DNA of 64,000 bases from Nageia nagi (Eukaryota > Plantae > Pinophyta), in the NCBI GenBank assembly GCA_050084985.1, contig JBITNC010000002.1, forward strand, positions 38,812,001 to 38,876,000, given 5' to 3'. The position numbers and the translations under genes were made by a program. Below, in pieces: positions 9,401 to 22,600 of this stretch (positions within the stretch are counted from its first letter, which is position 1; each line of letters begins with the position of its first letter). Below the pieces are notes generated by a model. It was not told where the DNA came from and searched no databases. It worked only from the letters and a program-made list of their open reading frames with translations.

Positions 9401-12400
9401 GTTGAGTTATCTAAATTAGGCCTTTGCTTAGATGTCCACATGTTGCAGCCCAAATCCTATTAATCCTCAACCAATTGCCCAGAGTCAATAATATACTTGC
9501 AGAAGGAGAAGTACAAGTTGTTTTGTAAGGGTGTGATGTATATTGATGATTGGATCAACTAAATTTTATCTTGATTAGGTTTCAAATTTTCCTCCTAGGT
9601 TATCAAGATGATCCCTTAATGGACTAGTAGACAAGTATCATTTCACAAGCCTCTCCACTTATATGGATTTGTGTCTAGACCAACATAAGACTTAGGAGAA
9701 ATTAAGAAATACATATTTTACACCACTTAAATCAATGAACTGCCTACCCCAAACAAGCTATGTTACAAAATAATGTGTATCAATATATTATTTTTATGGA
9801 ATTCAATTATAATATTTTACATTGTGTAAAAATATATATAAAATACTTAAACCAACATTTGATTAAAAAAACCTAATTTAAAATATCCAATAAATATTAT
9901 TCACAACCTTAAAAAAATCTCTTTACAAAGAAATTGCACAAAAAAAAAAATGAAAAAAGATGTTATTTTACTTCTCAACCTTCCCCCTTCTTTTTTTTTA
10001 AATATATGCTTCTCAACGTTCAACTCTTATCATGTTTACCCCCGCCTTTCTTTCGTCTTTTTCACGTCCTTCAACGAGAGTTACGGGCTTCCCTTTGTAC
10101 GTGAACGGCGGCCTCCTCTTCACAATCAACAAATTGATTTTTAAAAGAGTGAAATTACTAAATTTTTTAAGACTTATTTTTGCATTTGATGCTTGTGAGT
10201 CGAACAACACGACGACAAGCAGCATTTACCATGAGGAATTCCTTATTCTTCTGAGCCCTTCTGGATTTCGAATGATGTAGTTGTCGTATTGGATGTTCAG
10301 CCTCGCCTTCTCTTATTCAATGCGCACACTCGTTGTGTGGCCCAGAGAAATCTAGAGAATATCCATATATTTCTGTGGCCTTCCAGAATTGGAATGAGAT
10401 AGTTTTGTTGGAATGTATATTCTCATCTTCTCTTTTTCAATGGGAAAAACTCGTGTGATAGAGAACTAGAAATTAACGTGATCAAATTGATGGGTGGATT
10501 CTTTTAAGCTTTCTTTTCGCTATTTGATTTTGTCTATATTATTGCGTGATTAAATAAATTTAGAAGCAGGAATAGGTATATAATGAATGGTTTAAAAATA
10601 TAATGGTAGTTTGAATTCCATATAAAAAGTTATAAGGATTGGGTATAATTTTTGGTGTATAGTTATATATTTCAATATGTTTAAATTATTCAAAACTTTT
10701 TTTTTTATCTAAGAAGATAGAAGAAAAAAATGGTTGAATTATGAAGAGAATTATTGTTGTTTTATTTATTTGTAATTATTATTTGTTAAAAGAAATAAAA
10801 TATTAAAATAATCAATTACCTAATAAATATGAAGAAAGTTGAATGGGTTGAATTCATTAAAATGTTGTACTTGAAAATGGAAAATTGACTAAAGAACATA
10901 ACTTGGTTAATTGATATAATGTGCAATAATGATAAGGGTATAAACTAAGCATGTGAAAAATAAAGTATGTGAGAGAAATAGAATGTATTTAGGGATACTT
11001 TTCTTTGTTTGAATTTAAACTATTTATTTATTCCTCTCTAAATACCATTTAAGTCATCCTTAAAAAAAAGTAAAGTCAAATAGAACACAATGTTAGTTTG
11101 ATTGACTAATGTATCTTAAAGGAGTGCTCTGAACCAACCTCTTTGTTTAAGTAATTAAAATAACATTTATATAAGTATTTCAAAAAAAATCTAATTTGAT
11201 ATATCAAGGATGTAAAAAAATAAAATAAAAATTGATGAAGATTCTTGTAATGATTTTTAAATGTATATGAAAATCATTTTGATTTATCTTCTCAAACTTG
11301 TTTAAATGATTAATCATTATGTAACTTAATCATTCTCATACTCTATCACTCACACTGAAATGTTTAAAGAAACTCATACTCTATCACTCAAACTGAAATG
11401 TTTAAAAAAAATTTATACTGAAAAAATGGATAGAGAGATTTTTTAGAAAGAGTTCAAAATTCAAAACTAATTTTGTATCTATCTACTAGATTTTTACAGA
11501 TAAATCTCCATTTTGAATACTTTACTTAAGTCTACACTCAATACTTTTGGAATTTCAGGATGTCTGACTTAAAGAGATTCACTCCTCTATCAATTTTTCC
11601 TTCTCTATGAATTTTTTCTTCAATTTTTCCTTCTCTATGATTTTTTTTCTTGGGCGGATCATTTAGATTTTCTGCTAGAATTAATTTTTGAGTCTATCCT
11701 CATTGTTTCTTTCAGTTTGTTTCACAACAGTCAAACCTTTTCTGCATTGGAATATCCTCAAAATATCTTAAAAGACTATATTCTACAAAATTACTTTTTT
11801 CACGTGATGACAAGTGAATCTAATCAAATACCATGAACATAGGCCTCTTACATGCCACTATTATGACATGAATAAATTTTCTTCCCCTATTAAATACAAT
11901 CACATGAAGTGCAGCTTCAACATGGAGACTCATGAAAATTTTGATGTTATCCATGCTACATATTGAGATTTTCACATTATGGTTACATGACCTTATTCAT
12001 TAATGGAGTTTTACGGTTGTTGAAAATGAAGATATGCAAATAGTCAACCTTTGAAGTTGGCTTTGATTGGAAGAGCTCAGCAATTTACCAAAGCTTTGTA
12101 CCTAACCATGACTCCGAATGGTTTTTCTTACTTTTTAATATTTTGCCAACAATGTTTGAGGAGTTAATGAACTGAAGGGATGCTATTCAAATAATTCCAT
12201 GACTCTCAAAGGAATACCCAATATTGCTCCTTGAAGATTTGCAGGTATTTGAATCCCTAGTTAATTCACGATTGATGATTTGAGAAATCCATAGGTTATC
12301 ATGGTCTAGTTCTAAATCCATGCATGAGAACCCTAGCCTATTGAATCGATTCAGTCTAGAGAATTAGGGTGAATCTGTATCATAATTAAGCTTTGACTAT

Positions 12401-13410
12401 TATTATAAGTATCCTTCCCTCCCTAGTCATTTTCCTTCACGTTCGAGCCTTCTACTCCTATCATTCGGCCTCATGGCATGTCTTACGTCATACTGCGCGT
12501 TGCATATCTTAGTTCCATACTAAGTTAGATTTGGTTTTCTTCAATATTAGATAATAGAGATTCATATACTTTTTTATTTCCTTCAAACACAAGGAAGAAC
12601 TCTACATAAGCCTTATTCATATTTCAAATAGGGTGAAATAAATATACTTAAAAAGTAGCATTCCTTGTTGTATTTAATGTTTTGAAATTTAAAGTTATAA
12701 TTTTGGTATAATTTTTATTAATTAATTTTTTTAATTAAAAAATATTTAAATTAATTATGTTGAGAGGCATAATGACATCAAGATTTAATTAGATTAAGAG
12801 GTGTAATTACAATGGTTATCAAGGGCATGGAGTAGGGAGTTAAAATGTTACTTCATCTATATATCTTATAATTATTTTAAATATAAATTTAATAATATGC
12901 TACCATAACTATATTAGTTTTATATAATTTAATGTATTTAAATAGATTAGTTGTTTTAAATTTATTTTAAATTTATACATTCGTTGTTTTAAATTTCTTA
13001 TATTCATTTGCTATAAATATTAGTTTCTAAATTATTATATTATCCACAACCAAATAGTTTATAACCTATATTATTGATAATATAATATTTTTGGGAAATA
13101 GTTTCTAAATTATTTGAGAATTGTATCTCTTGGTGTTTTTTGATGTATAAGCGGTTATATAAAAGCTAGTAGTATGGTTTCTTTTGATGTACATTCTATC
13201 AATTTGAACTTTTTTTACATAGGAGTAATATAAAATGACATTAAAAAGGTATCTAAGCATATCCATTTGAAGAGCTTTGTTTGTTTATTAGTAATTTTAT
13301 GATACTTATCATTTTACTATTTTATCAATTTGTTGACACTATTAAAATGTACTATCATATAGTAACACATTTTATTATATTATTATAGATAGTTGATCGA
13401 CATTTCTTGG

Positions 13411-15206
13411 TGTAGACATGGAGATTGATGGAGATGTTGGAAAGTTTGAGGAGTTCCTCTAAAGGCAATTATAGGTATTGTTGATAGAAATTAGTCTCCA
13501 AGTGGGAGATTCTTATGAATGAAGCTTGATATGGAAGTATTTGAAAAAGAAGAAAAGTATCTTTAGGTGAGAGCTAGAAATAGAGTGTATGTAGTCATGG
13601 AGATAGGCATATCTTATCTTAATTTAGATTTAGATTTTATTCATTTCATGTATTGATTTGTAGATCTGATGATTGCATGTAACTGACTTTTCCTATTTAT
13701 GTAAGACATCTTATAGAGAGGTGGGTATCTCTTTTGGTTATTGTAAGAGAGGATGGGAAGGAGATCTCCCTTGTTGGAAGTGGTTTCTTCCGAGAGTTTT
13801 ATATCTCTTCTATGTAGATCTTGCTAAGCCTCATGTTGTGAGCATGGTGCTAAGGTGATTGGGTAGATAAAGAGGAAATGGATATTTCTATGGAGAGTAA
13901 TTAAATGATTATGTATTGGTGGATTTCCTTCTTTGGTAATGAATTTGAAAGTGAAACACTATAAATTTATTCAACAAAGTTTTATTTTTAGAGTAAATTC
14001 CAACAATTGGTATTACGGCTATAATGTTAGGTAAGTGTTTAACATGAGGGATTAATTATAATGATCTCATGTGAGGCTAATATCATTATTTTATGGTATA
14101 TAGCTTGTATGATGTTCTATGGAGATCATTATAATGTGTTAGAGTTACACATGTAACTATGCACTATTGATATAATTTGAAGGAGATGTATGCTATGATT
14201 TTGGACAAGACATGATATTGCATTTTACAATGGAGGTTATCATCTTGTATATCTTTTCACCCATTTTGTTGTGGAAATGCTTATAACTAGATTTATGATA
14301 ACATTGGTGTACAAGAATATTTTTGATTCACACATGGCTATAGAAGCTGAAGTTAGATTTGGCTAATGATGATTTATTCATGGTTTGGACAAGGTTAGAG
14401 TTTGCACATGGAGTAGTATTTTTAGCTACTTATATGAAATCCTAATAACTAGTATGAAGAGGATGCTAATTCATGTTTTGATTCTTAAGTGTTTTTAACA
14501 ATTTTGTGCAAGGATTTCTTAGTGTAGACATGGAGATCAATGGAGATATTGGAAATTTCAAAGAGTTCCTCTAAATGGAGTTATAGGTATCATTGCTAGA
14601 AATCAATCTCCAAGTGCTAGATTGTTAGGAATAGAGCTTGATATGGAAGTGTTTGAAAAAGAGAAAAGTATCTTTGGGTGCTAGCTAGAAATAGAGTCTA
14701 TGTAGTCATGGAGTCTAAAGGCATATCTTATATAAATTTAGCTTTAGATCTTATTCCTTGCAAGTGTTGCTTTATAGATATGATGACTATGTAACTTGGT
14801 TTTCCTATTTATGTAATACCTTCGATAGAGAGGTGAATATATCTTTTGGCTATTGTAAGAGAGGATGGGTAGGAGATCTCCATTATTGGAAGTGATTTCT
14901 TCCATGGAGGAGAGTTTTATATCTCTTATGTGTAGATCTTGTTAAGCACAATATTATGAGCATAGAGCTAAGGTGATCAAGTAGATCAAGAAGATATGGA
15001 TATTTCTCTAGATCTCTTTAAATGATTACGTATTGATGAATTTTCTTCTTTGGTGAATAAGAAAGATGAAAGAATCAATGTTCAAAGTGATGTAGCCCAT
15101 ATTGGGTGAACAACTATAAATCTCTTCTTTCTCATGTTTATGTGTTTTTATCTCTGATTTGGAATTTTATTCGATAAAGTTTTATTATTTAAAGTAAATA
15201 CCAACA
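13411..15206 (+). mobile_element. Non-autonomous LTR element (TRIM-like): LTRs 13411-14005 and 14523-15206, ~0.5 kb non-coding interior
   Basis: Two diverged direct repeats TGTAGACATGGAGAT...CCAACA; degenerate PBS TGGTATTACGGC at 14008-14019. No clear TSD or PPT, and similarity extends about 9 nt left of the TG in both copies. Confidence 0.75.
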
Positions 15207-15678
15207 ATTTATAAATGAATAGCCTTAATGTTTTCATTCTTTTTTTTTTTATAAGAGTAAAAAATTAAATTTTTAAAAGCTCCTCAACCTTTTACAATCT
15301 TTAATAATCTTCTTTCAATGTTCTAAGTACCATTAAAATGAAGCCAAAAATCCAAAAATTTGTAGACTCTTAATAAATTGACTTACTCTTTTAGACAAAG
15401 CTAAATTTCTCAAAGGTATACTAAATCTTCACATACATCTCCACAAAAAAAAAACTATTGCAAAATATCCTACCTCTAAAAATAAATCTTATATATATTG
15501 GTATGAAATACTATTATGAATCCTCCACAATGGATTCCTCCCCCAACCAAATAGAGGGTAGTTTGTCTAAAGCATTCCTGAAGCCTATCTTTGCTACAAT
15601 TTCTTCAACTCACATTTATGGCCATACGTGAAGGTTTGATATATTTTCAAGTTTTCTATATATGTTGCTTTGTCTTAG

Positions 15679-16266
15679 TGTTGGAATAGATCTAAGCTCA
15701 AACATAGCCATAACAATGAGATCAACAGAAAAATAAGAGATTCAACAATACCCACAATCTATAGCAAGAAGGAAATAGTCATCCACATTCAAGCACAAAG
15801 AAAAATGAGCATTCACATTAAGAAACACAACATAGATTTAACGAGGTTCACCTAGTGTGGGCTATGTCCCTGAAGAAACAAATTAGTCAGATCCTTTTAC
15901 TATAATCCAAATAGTAGAGAAATTACAACGAGCATCAACCTAGATGCAAAATCTCTCCAATTTCTCACAAGCTCTCTCTCAAGCTTCCATATGCACAAAC
16001 CTTAGCACACTAAAGAAAAACCTTTACATTTTTCTTCATACAAACTCCTTATAAAAGAGTCTACAACAATCTGTGACCTAAGATCAATGGTCCAAATTAC
16101 AAATTGTAACCTAATAACAATGGTTCAAATTTATCACTAAAATAACATCAACCAAATGCGTGGATATAGGGAGTAGTGGAGGACTCTTTTGTACATTAAA
16201 TGCACACATGAACCTCCTCGAAATAGTCTCCACATTCTAATAACCTTTTATCTCCACATCATAACA
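15679..16266 (-). mobile_element. Solo LTR (588 bp) with 5-bp TSD CTTAG
   Basis: TGTT...AACA termini; CTTAG at 15674-15678 and 16267-16271. GATTTAACGAGGTTCA resembles the reverse strand of Copia-type LTRs, so orientation is tentative. Confidence 0.88.
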
Positions 16267-16499
16267 CTTAGTATTACTAAAAGAAAAAACCCATGGCATA
16301 CCTTTTAAATCAACCTCCCTGACAGAAGGACTTTTTTTTTTTAACTATTTTACAATTAAGGAAATGTGTTGGAGGGTGAAATTTAATGGTTATAAATTCG
16401 TGGGTGGAATGTGAATACCTTGACGATTTCTGTCACCGAACTCAACGGAATTTCTACAGTCATCGTAACAATTTTCAAACATACGGATCTATTCTTACG

Positions 16500-16905
16500 C
16501 ACATGTTTTCGATTTCCACGTTGTCATGTTTATTTATTGAATTACTTCGTTCTACACGTAGAACATTGTTAGTTTCTGTTGATTAGTCACAATTTGAATT
16601 CTCTATCCTATGTGCGAATCTCCAAGTTTCATGAGAATTTCGTACTCTTGTTTTTCTGTTTTAGATAAGTATTCAAGTTTCCGATTTTCATAAAAGGATT
16701 TCGTCCGTTTTTATCTGCATTCTTTTATAATTTTTTTTATTGTTCTTCAACGGCATCAATTGATTTTATCAGGACTTTGCCCAGCTGGGAAAAGTCTTTT
16801 ATTAAAGTTGAGGGTATTGATGAAATTGCAAAAAACCAACTACAAGAAGTACCGGATAGATACATCATGAGTGTTGAGGAGGGACCATCGCCACCCGGAA
16901 GCACA
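16500..16905 (+). pseudogene. Truncated paralogue of the 2OG-dioxygenase: promoter/5'UTR plus first ~51 codons
   Basis: From 16750 the frame reads (ACG)ASIDFIRTLPSWEKSFIKVEGIDEIAKNQLQEVPDRYIMSVEEGPSPPGS, 33/51 identical to the 17971 ORF by hand alignment. Upstream blocks TCCACGTTGT, CGTTCTAC, TTGATTAGTCA, TCCAAGTTTCAT and AAGGATTTCGT are shared with 17718-17922. Confidence 0.92.
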
Positions 16906-17595
16906 GTACAGATGGGTCCGGGCAAAGAATAGAGTCCAAATACAAATAAGGCTAATTAACCTCACTACTAATAGCCTGAATACAGTTCTTCTGACTTGAC
17001 AAAAATTTATAAAATTTTGAAGAGAAGCTAGAATACGAAATGATGCTTCGCTATCATCAAAATGCCAAGAAGATATGACCAGTAATCATGTCAAATGTTC
17101 ACAACATGTAGAGTTTCCCATAATTATCTGGTTATTGTTTAGTGGTTAGAAACCCACCTAGCATCCAAAATTTGTAATCACATTTTTAAGATGGACATCT
17201 TGATACATGGATTTTACTGGTTGAAGTGTATTTAAATCTGATTTCAATTTGCTTTGAACAATTAAAATTCTACAAATAGAAAAATAAATAGATTTTTTTA
17301 TTATAATTGAAGTGTTATATTATAGTTTAATTAATAATATTATTATTTTATATTATCAAATATCTTAACTTGTATGATATTTTTACATTATTTTTATATT
17401 TAAATGTTATTTACTTTCTTTTAAAGTGAAGGGTTTTAAATAATGATGTTATTTACTTTATTTTTATATATATAGTGGAAATGGATCAGGAATGGGCTCC
17501 CTCTGTTGGCTAGATTATGAAGTCAGACAATTTCATGCACGAGCTATTCTTCTCCGACCGCATTCCAGTCAACGACTAGACTTTACTGTTCAGGG

Positions 17596-17844
17596 CACGT
17601 TTTTCATCTTTACCATTTCCAGTCGTGACATTTTTCAAGGAAATGGTGCTGCAGCCCAACTCCACTCAAAACTCTACTCAAAGCTAGAAATTTGTTGTTC
17701 CGTATACGTTTTACAAATCCACGTTGTAATTTTGATTTCTTGATTTACTCCGTTCTACCTACAACGTTGTTTTGCCTCGACAAGAAATTTCTCTTGATTA
17801 GTCAGAATTTGGATTCTATATCGTCTCTTTTAGGCCTATAAATA
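17596..17844 (+). promoter_or_regulatory. Putative core promoter of the 2OG-dioxygenase: TATA box plus T/G-box (CACGTT) motifs
   Basis: TATAAATA at 17837-17844, about 130 nt upstream of the ATG; CACGTT at 17596-17601 and 17720-17725; CpG-retaining region. Confidence 0.55.
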
Positions 17845-17970
17845 CAGGGAATGTCCAAGTTTCATAATAATTTTGCTATAGATATAGTCTGCAAGTCTCC
17901 GAGTCTCATATAAGGATTTCGTGGGCTTTTATGTGCAGTGTCCTATAGATTTATATTTTATTTTTTTTAA

Positions 17971-19624
17971 ATGTCTCAGGTTGATTTTAACAGGAGTGTG
18001 CCCAAGTGGGGAAAATCTTTTATTAGAGTTGAGGGCATTGATGAAATTGCAAAAAATGAACTACAAGAAGTACCGGAAAGATACATCAGAAGTGGTGAAA
18101 AGAAACCGTCACCACACGGAACTAAAATTTGCGATCAAGAGGCCAACATACCCATGATTGACATGGCAAAGATTGCACACCCACAACACAGACAACAAGA
18201 GATTAGTAGGATTGCCAAGGCTTGTCAAGAATGGGGTTTCTTTGAGGCAAGTTCCCAGCTTTAAAAATTATATTTTAATACTCAACCACGGTTTGTCTTT
18301 CATGCATCCTTGATTTTAGTCTACCTTTTGGAACAATATGGCGAGTAGAAGTTTTCAATAATAATATTGGGGTCAATATTCTTTTTGCAGATCGTCAATC
18401 ATGGTGTTTCTCATTCACTAATTGACAGAATGAAGAGAGTTAGTAAAGATTTTTTTGAGCTACCAAAGGAGGAGAAAGAGAGGTATGCTGTGAGACAAAG
18501 TGATCTGCAAGGCTATGGGCAGACCTTGGTTGTTTCTGAAGATCAGAAGTTGGATTGAGGCAATATATTAGGGTTGATCATGTTCCCCAAAGAACTCAAA
18601 GACCTTAGCATGTGGCCAACTATTGCTGATTTCAGGTAATCATAAATACCATAGATATTATCGTTGACCTTTTCTAAATGAAATTTGAACGTTTGAAGGT
18701 CTTCATGTTATTCAGTATTGTTCAGTGAACATTAGGATGATTTGATAAAAAAGTTTTAATTATGTAGATTACTAGTGATTTTGCAGGTTAAGTGTAGAAG
18801 AATACAATGCTGAAATCAGAAGACTTGCTGAAACACTGTTGGCTTTGATATCTGAGACATTGCAGTTGCCATGTGACTTCTTTGAGAAGAGATTTGGCAA
18901 TATGTACCAAAAGATGAGGATGAATTACTAACCTCCATGCCTCCAGCCAGATCTTGTCTTAGGCCTAAGAGCACTTGCTGAGATGACTGGCCTCACTCTA
19001 TTGCTCCAAGATGATGAGGTTGAAGGATTACAAATCCACAAGGATGACCAATGGATAACTGTGAAACCAATTCCTTATGCTCTAGTCGTCAACCTTGGAA
19101 ACTTGATAGAGGTATATAGAAGCCAGATCTTGTCTTAGGCCTAAGAGCACTTGCTGAGATGACTGGCCTCACTCTATTGCTCCAAGATGATGAGGTTGAA
19201 GGATTACAAATCCACAAGGATGACCAATGGATAACTGTGAAACCAATTCCTTATGCTCTAGTCGTCAACCTTGGAAACTTGATAGAGGTATATAGAACTT
19301 GAAAAAACTCTTTTCTGTTTAAAATAAAATTGTGAATGTTGGTTTATTTAAGTGGTGGACATGATTGTGCAGGTTATGACAAATAGAAGATATAAGATTA
19401 TTGAACACAGAGCAGTAACAAATAAGGATAAAGGAAGGCTTTCATTTGCCGTGTTCGTTGCTCCTGGATTCAATGAAGAAATTGCTCTTGCTGATCAACT
19501 TATTGATGAAACTCATCCATGCTTGTTCAGAAAATTCATACACAAAGATTATGTAGAAAATTATTTCTCTCGTGGAGTGGAGGGAAAGAATTCATTGTAT
19601 GAATATGCTGGCGTCAATAACTGA
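17971..19624 (+). pseudogene. 2-oxoglutarate/Fe(II)-dependent dioxygenase (DOXC class, SRG1/LBO1-like) pseudogene; exons 17971-18246, 18391-18635, 18787-19111, 19373-19624 (365 codons)
   Basis: Motifs VPERYIR, IPMID, ACQEWGFF|IVNHGV, QGYGQ..VVSEDQKLD(W), MRMNY(Y)PPC..PDLVLGL, LTLLLQD..GLQI, EHRAV, RLS. Introns are GC-AG, GT-AG, GT-AG. Stops: TGA 18556-18558 (W) and TAA 18929-18931 (Y). The HxD position reads L-A-E (18974-18982). Confidence 0.95.
18945..19296 (+). repeat. Perfect 176-bp tandem duplication of the exon 3 3' half plus splice donor
   Basis: 18945-19120 and 19121-19296 are identical base for base. Confidence 0.97.
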
Positions 19625-22600
19625 GATCGTATGAAGTAAAAACCATTATAAGTCAACTGATCTTTAGGCCAGCCTGCTTAAATGGGCAGTTTGGATGGGA
19701 ACAAAGGGTTTACATCAGTACCACAAATTTATATGAAAAATAATTGAAATTCTATTTGTTTAATCTTTGAGTGGGACTGATGAGTAAAGCATTTACTTTC
19801 ACTACCTGAACACAAGGAGCCCTTTTTCAAGGAAAAAGAGAATCAGTACTATTATACAATGCTCATTTATAGTTGCCCATCATTTTTTTTTTTTGGGTGT
19901 GTGGAGATATTTGCAAATAATATTTTGTGATATTTGCAAAAATAATGTCCATTATTTCTAAATTGTTTAAAGTAGTGAATAGGAATTCTTGTTTTTCCAT
20001 TTGAGAGTTTTTCAACTTCTTTTTTCTCTCCAATTCCTTTAACATGATTGAATGAAAGATAATTTGATTATTATTGAAAGATTTTGCTATAATTAATTAA
20101 TAATATTTTTATTTATATTTTCTAAATGTTATTATATTTTCATTTTTATAATTAAATTTTATTTTTGTAGAGGTTTTAATTATTAATCATTTTATAATTG
20201 AAATTAGATTCATAATAGTTATGAATTTTTAATGTTTATTTTTTAATTACAAACATTAAACAATCAATCCCCATAGGGTGATTAATATTATTAAAAAGTT
20301 AAAAACAGAATACATTTTTATTAATATAATTCTACACTTTAAATAAAGTTAAATTTTGAAAGAAATGAATAATAATTTTATTTAAATATACTATAATTTT
20401 GATAACCCTTAATTCTTTAATGAAGTTAAGTTTTTGTAAATAACACGTTTATTATGGTTTTATCATTTCAAAACTTGTAAAAAATACATTATTTTAATTA
20501 TTAACATTGAGAGTCTTATAGATATAGTTCGTGTGGAAAATCAAATGTCTGTTTCAATATTTTAAAAACTAAATCGGTCTTATTATGTATAAAAAAAATA
20601 ATAATCCATTTCAAAAAAATAGTTTAAAAATTATATAAATATAATTTAAAATTTTTTTTTTTTGATATATAAGAAAGTATATCGAAACTAGTTTTACATT
20701 CTTTACATATCCTAAAATTTTAGGTTACATTTTTTTCATATTTATATGTATCTTAAAATTACATATTGTAATTTTTCATAATTTCATATGTCTTATATTA
20801 TAATATTTTTAATATATTAACATATTTTAAAATCTTATATATCCCGTATGTGATTTTTTTCATGTTTGAAAATGAATAATAAAGATCAATAATGAAATTC
20901 TCACAATAATTTTAACTTTTTATAAAAGACATTATCTAATCTTTCCCAAAATTATGCAATTACGCAAAATACTCTCAATAAATCTGCAATGCGTACTCTA
21001 TGAAAACCGTTGCTAAGACAAACAATTAAAACAAGTCAAAGAATACTCGTAGCAATGCATAAAAAATATCATAACTATTTTAGTAGATAAAAACTTACAA
21101 GACAATCCTCAATCTTTGCCTTTTGTTACCCCAATCCTTCTCTAGTTCTACCATTTAAACTAATAGACTATTCACATTTAAATTATTACTTAACCAAATT
21201 TCTAATTTTAAATAGACTATTCTCAACTAATTCATCATCCCCATAACCAAAAGGAAAATGCAAAGATGGCGTACCCTACTTCATCATTCTGCCCTTATTT
21301 TAAATTTCTAAACCTCTTATTTTACAAGGTTAGTGCGAAAGATTTGAATCTCCTTTGCTTCTTTCAATTTTCCTTCTGATTTAATCCTTATTGCTAAGAT
21401 TATGTCACTCATTACTTTTCATCAGGCTAACTAGTTCGTTGTCTCCATGCTCCATAGCCACTCCCTATCTTGTATCCTCACATCCATGCTAGTATGAGCT
21501 ATATCTACAAGGGACTTATTTTCTGTCTTAGAAATAATGTTATTTTTAATATGAAAACTCTTTCTTATGATATTTGGAAATTATGATGAAGTAGTCATAA
21601 TTAATCATTTCCATAAAAATGTAAATATCTTTAATCTTGTGAAATCTTAAGATTCATATTAATCATGATGAAGTAGTCATATTAATTCATAATTAATCAT
21701 TTCTCATAACACAATAAATATCATAATTTAGATAAATGATCCCTAGTCTCTTGAAATCTTAAGATCCAACGAGAAATGATGAAGTAGCCATAATTTTAAA
21801 CTTGGAAATTATTTTCATAAAGTTTTTACTTCAAGATATAATTTTAATTAAAAACATGTGATACCCAAGGTTATTACAATTTGATGAAAAAAAGAAAACT
21901 AATGGAACTAAATACTTGAGAATTTATTATAAGAGGATCGAATGAGTATAAGATAAAAAATTGACATTAAGGGAGTTTCAATTAGAAGATTTAATCCTTA
22001 AAAAAATAGAACATAAATTAAGATTTGGTATAAAAAAGTACATTTTAACCTAATTTTGATTATGATTATATTATCATAAAAAAATGTATTTATGGAATAT
22101 AGTCTTACAATCTCAATAGGTATTACACCTAATTTATTATCTTTACTTTTCTTATCATTAGTTTTTAACAAATTTTAAATATCATGTCGTTTTCTAATTC
22201 ATTTTTCACTTTATTAAAGTTTGTATTTTAAAATTAGTCACATGCTTATATGATAAAAATTATTTTATAGAGAAATTCTATTTTATTTTCAATTTTCTTA
22301 ATATAGTTTGATAAAACCATTTTACAATTTAATTAGTTTCTAATGAAAGGTATTTTAATCATGAATATATATGAGATTTTGGATCTAATAAATTTGTATT
22401 AAGATTTTTTTATTTTCTTAAGTTGAGTGCCAAAAAATGGCATTTATCATCAACTTGATAAAATTTAGATATGTTTCAACTTTTAAAGATAAAGAGTTTT
22501 GAAATTGGGCTTCCTATATTGGATAGCATTGAACTACCCACCTCTCCAAATCCCTCATCTATATTATGATTTTTGTAAAATCATACTATTATTTCTTTTA

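Noticed and set aside
9757-9780. PBS and 5' LTR of the old Copia (GCTATGTTACAA)
   Set aside because: Only a 9/12 match to the PBS complement and no extended similarity to 4560-4802.
11335-11650. Short direct duplications (38 bp and 30 bp); similar ones at ~21580-21800 and ~42310-42510
   Set aside because: Typical slippage-type repeats in AT-rich DNA with no further structure.
19352-19624. Stand-alone 90-aa ORF
   Set aside because: It is exon 4 of the dioxygenase read in from intron 3; the acceptor AG is at 19371-19372.
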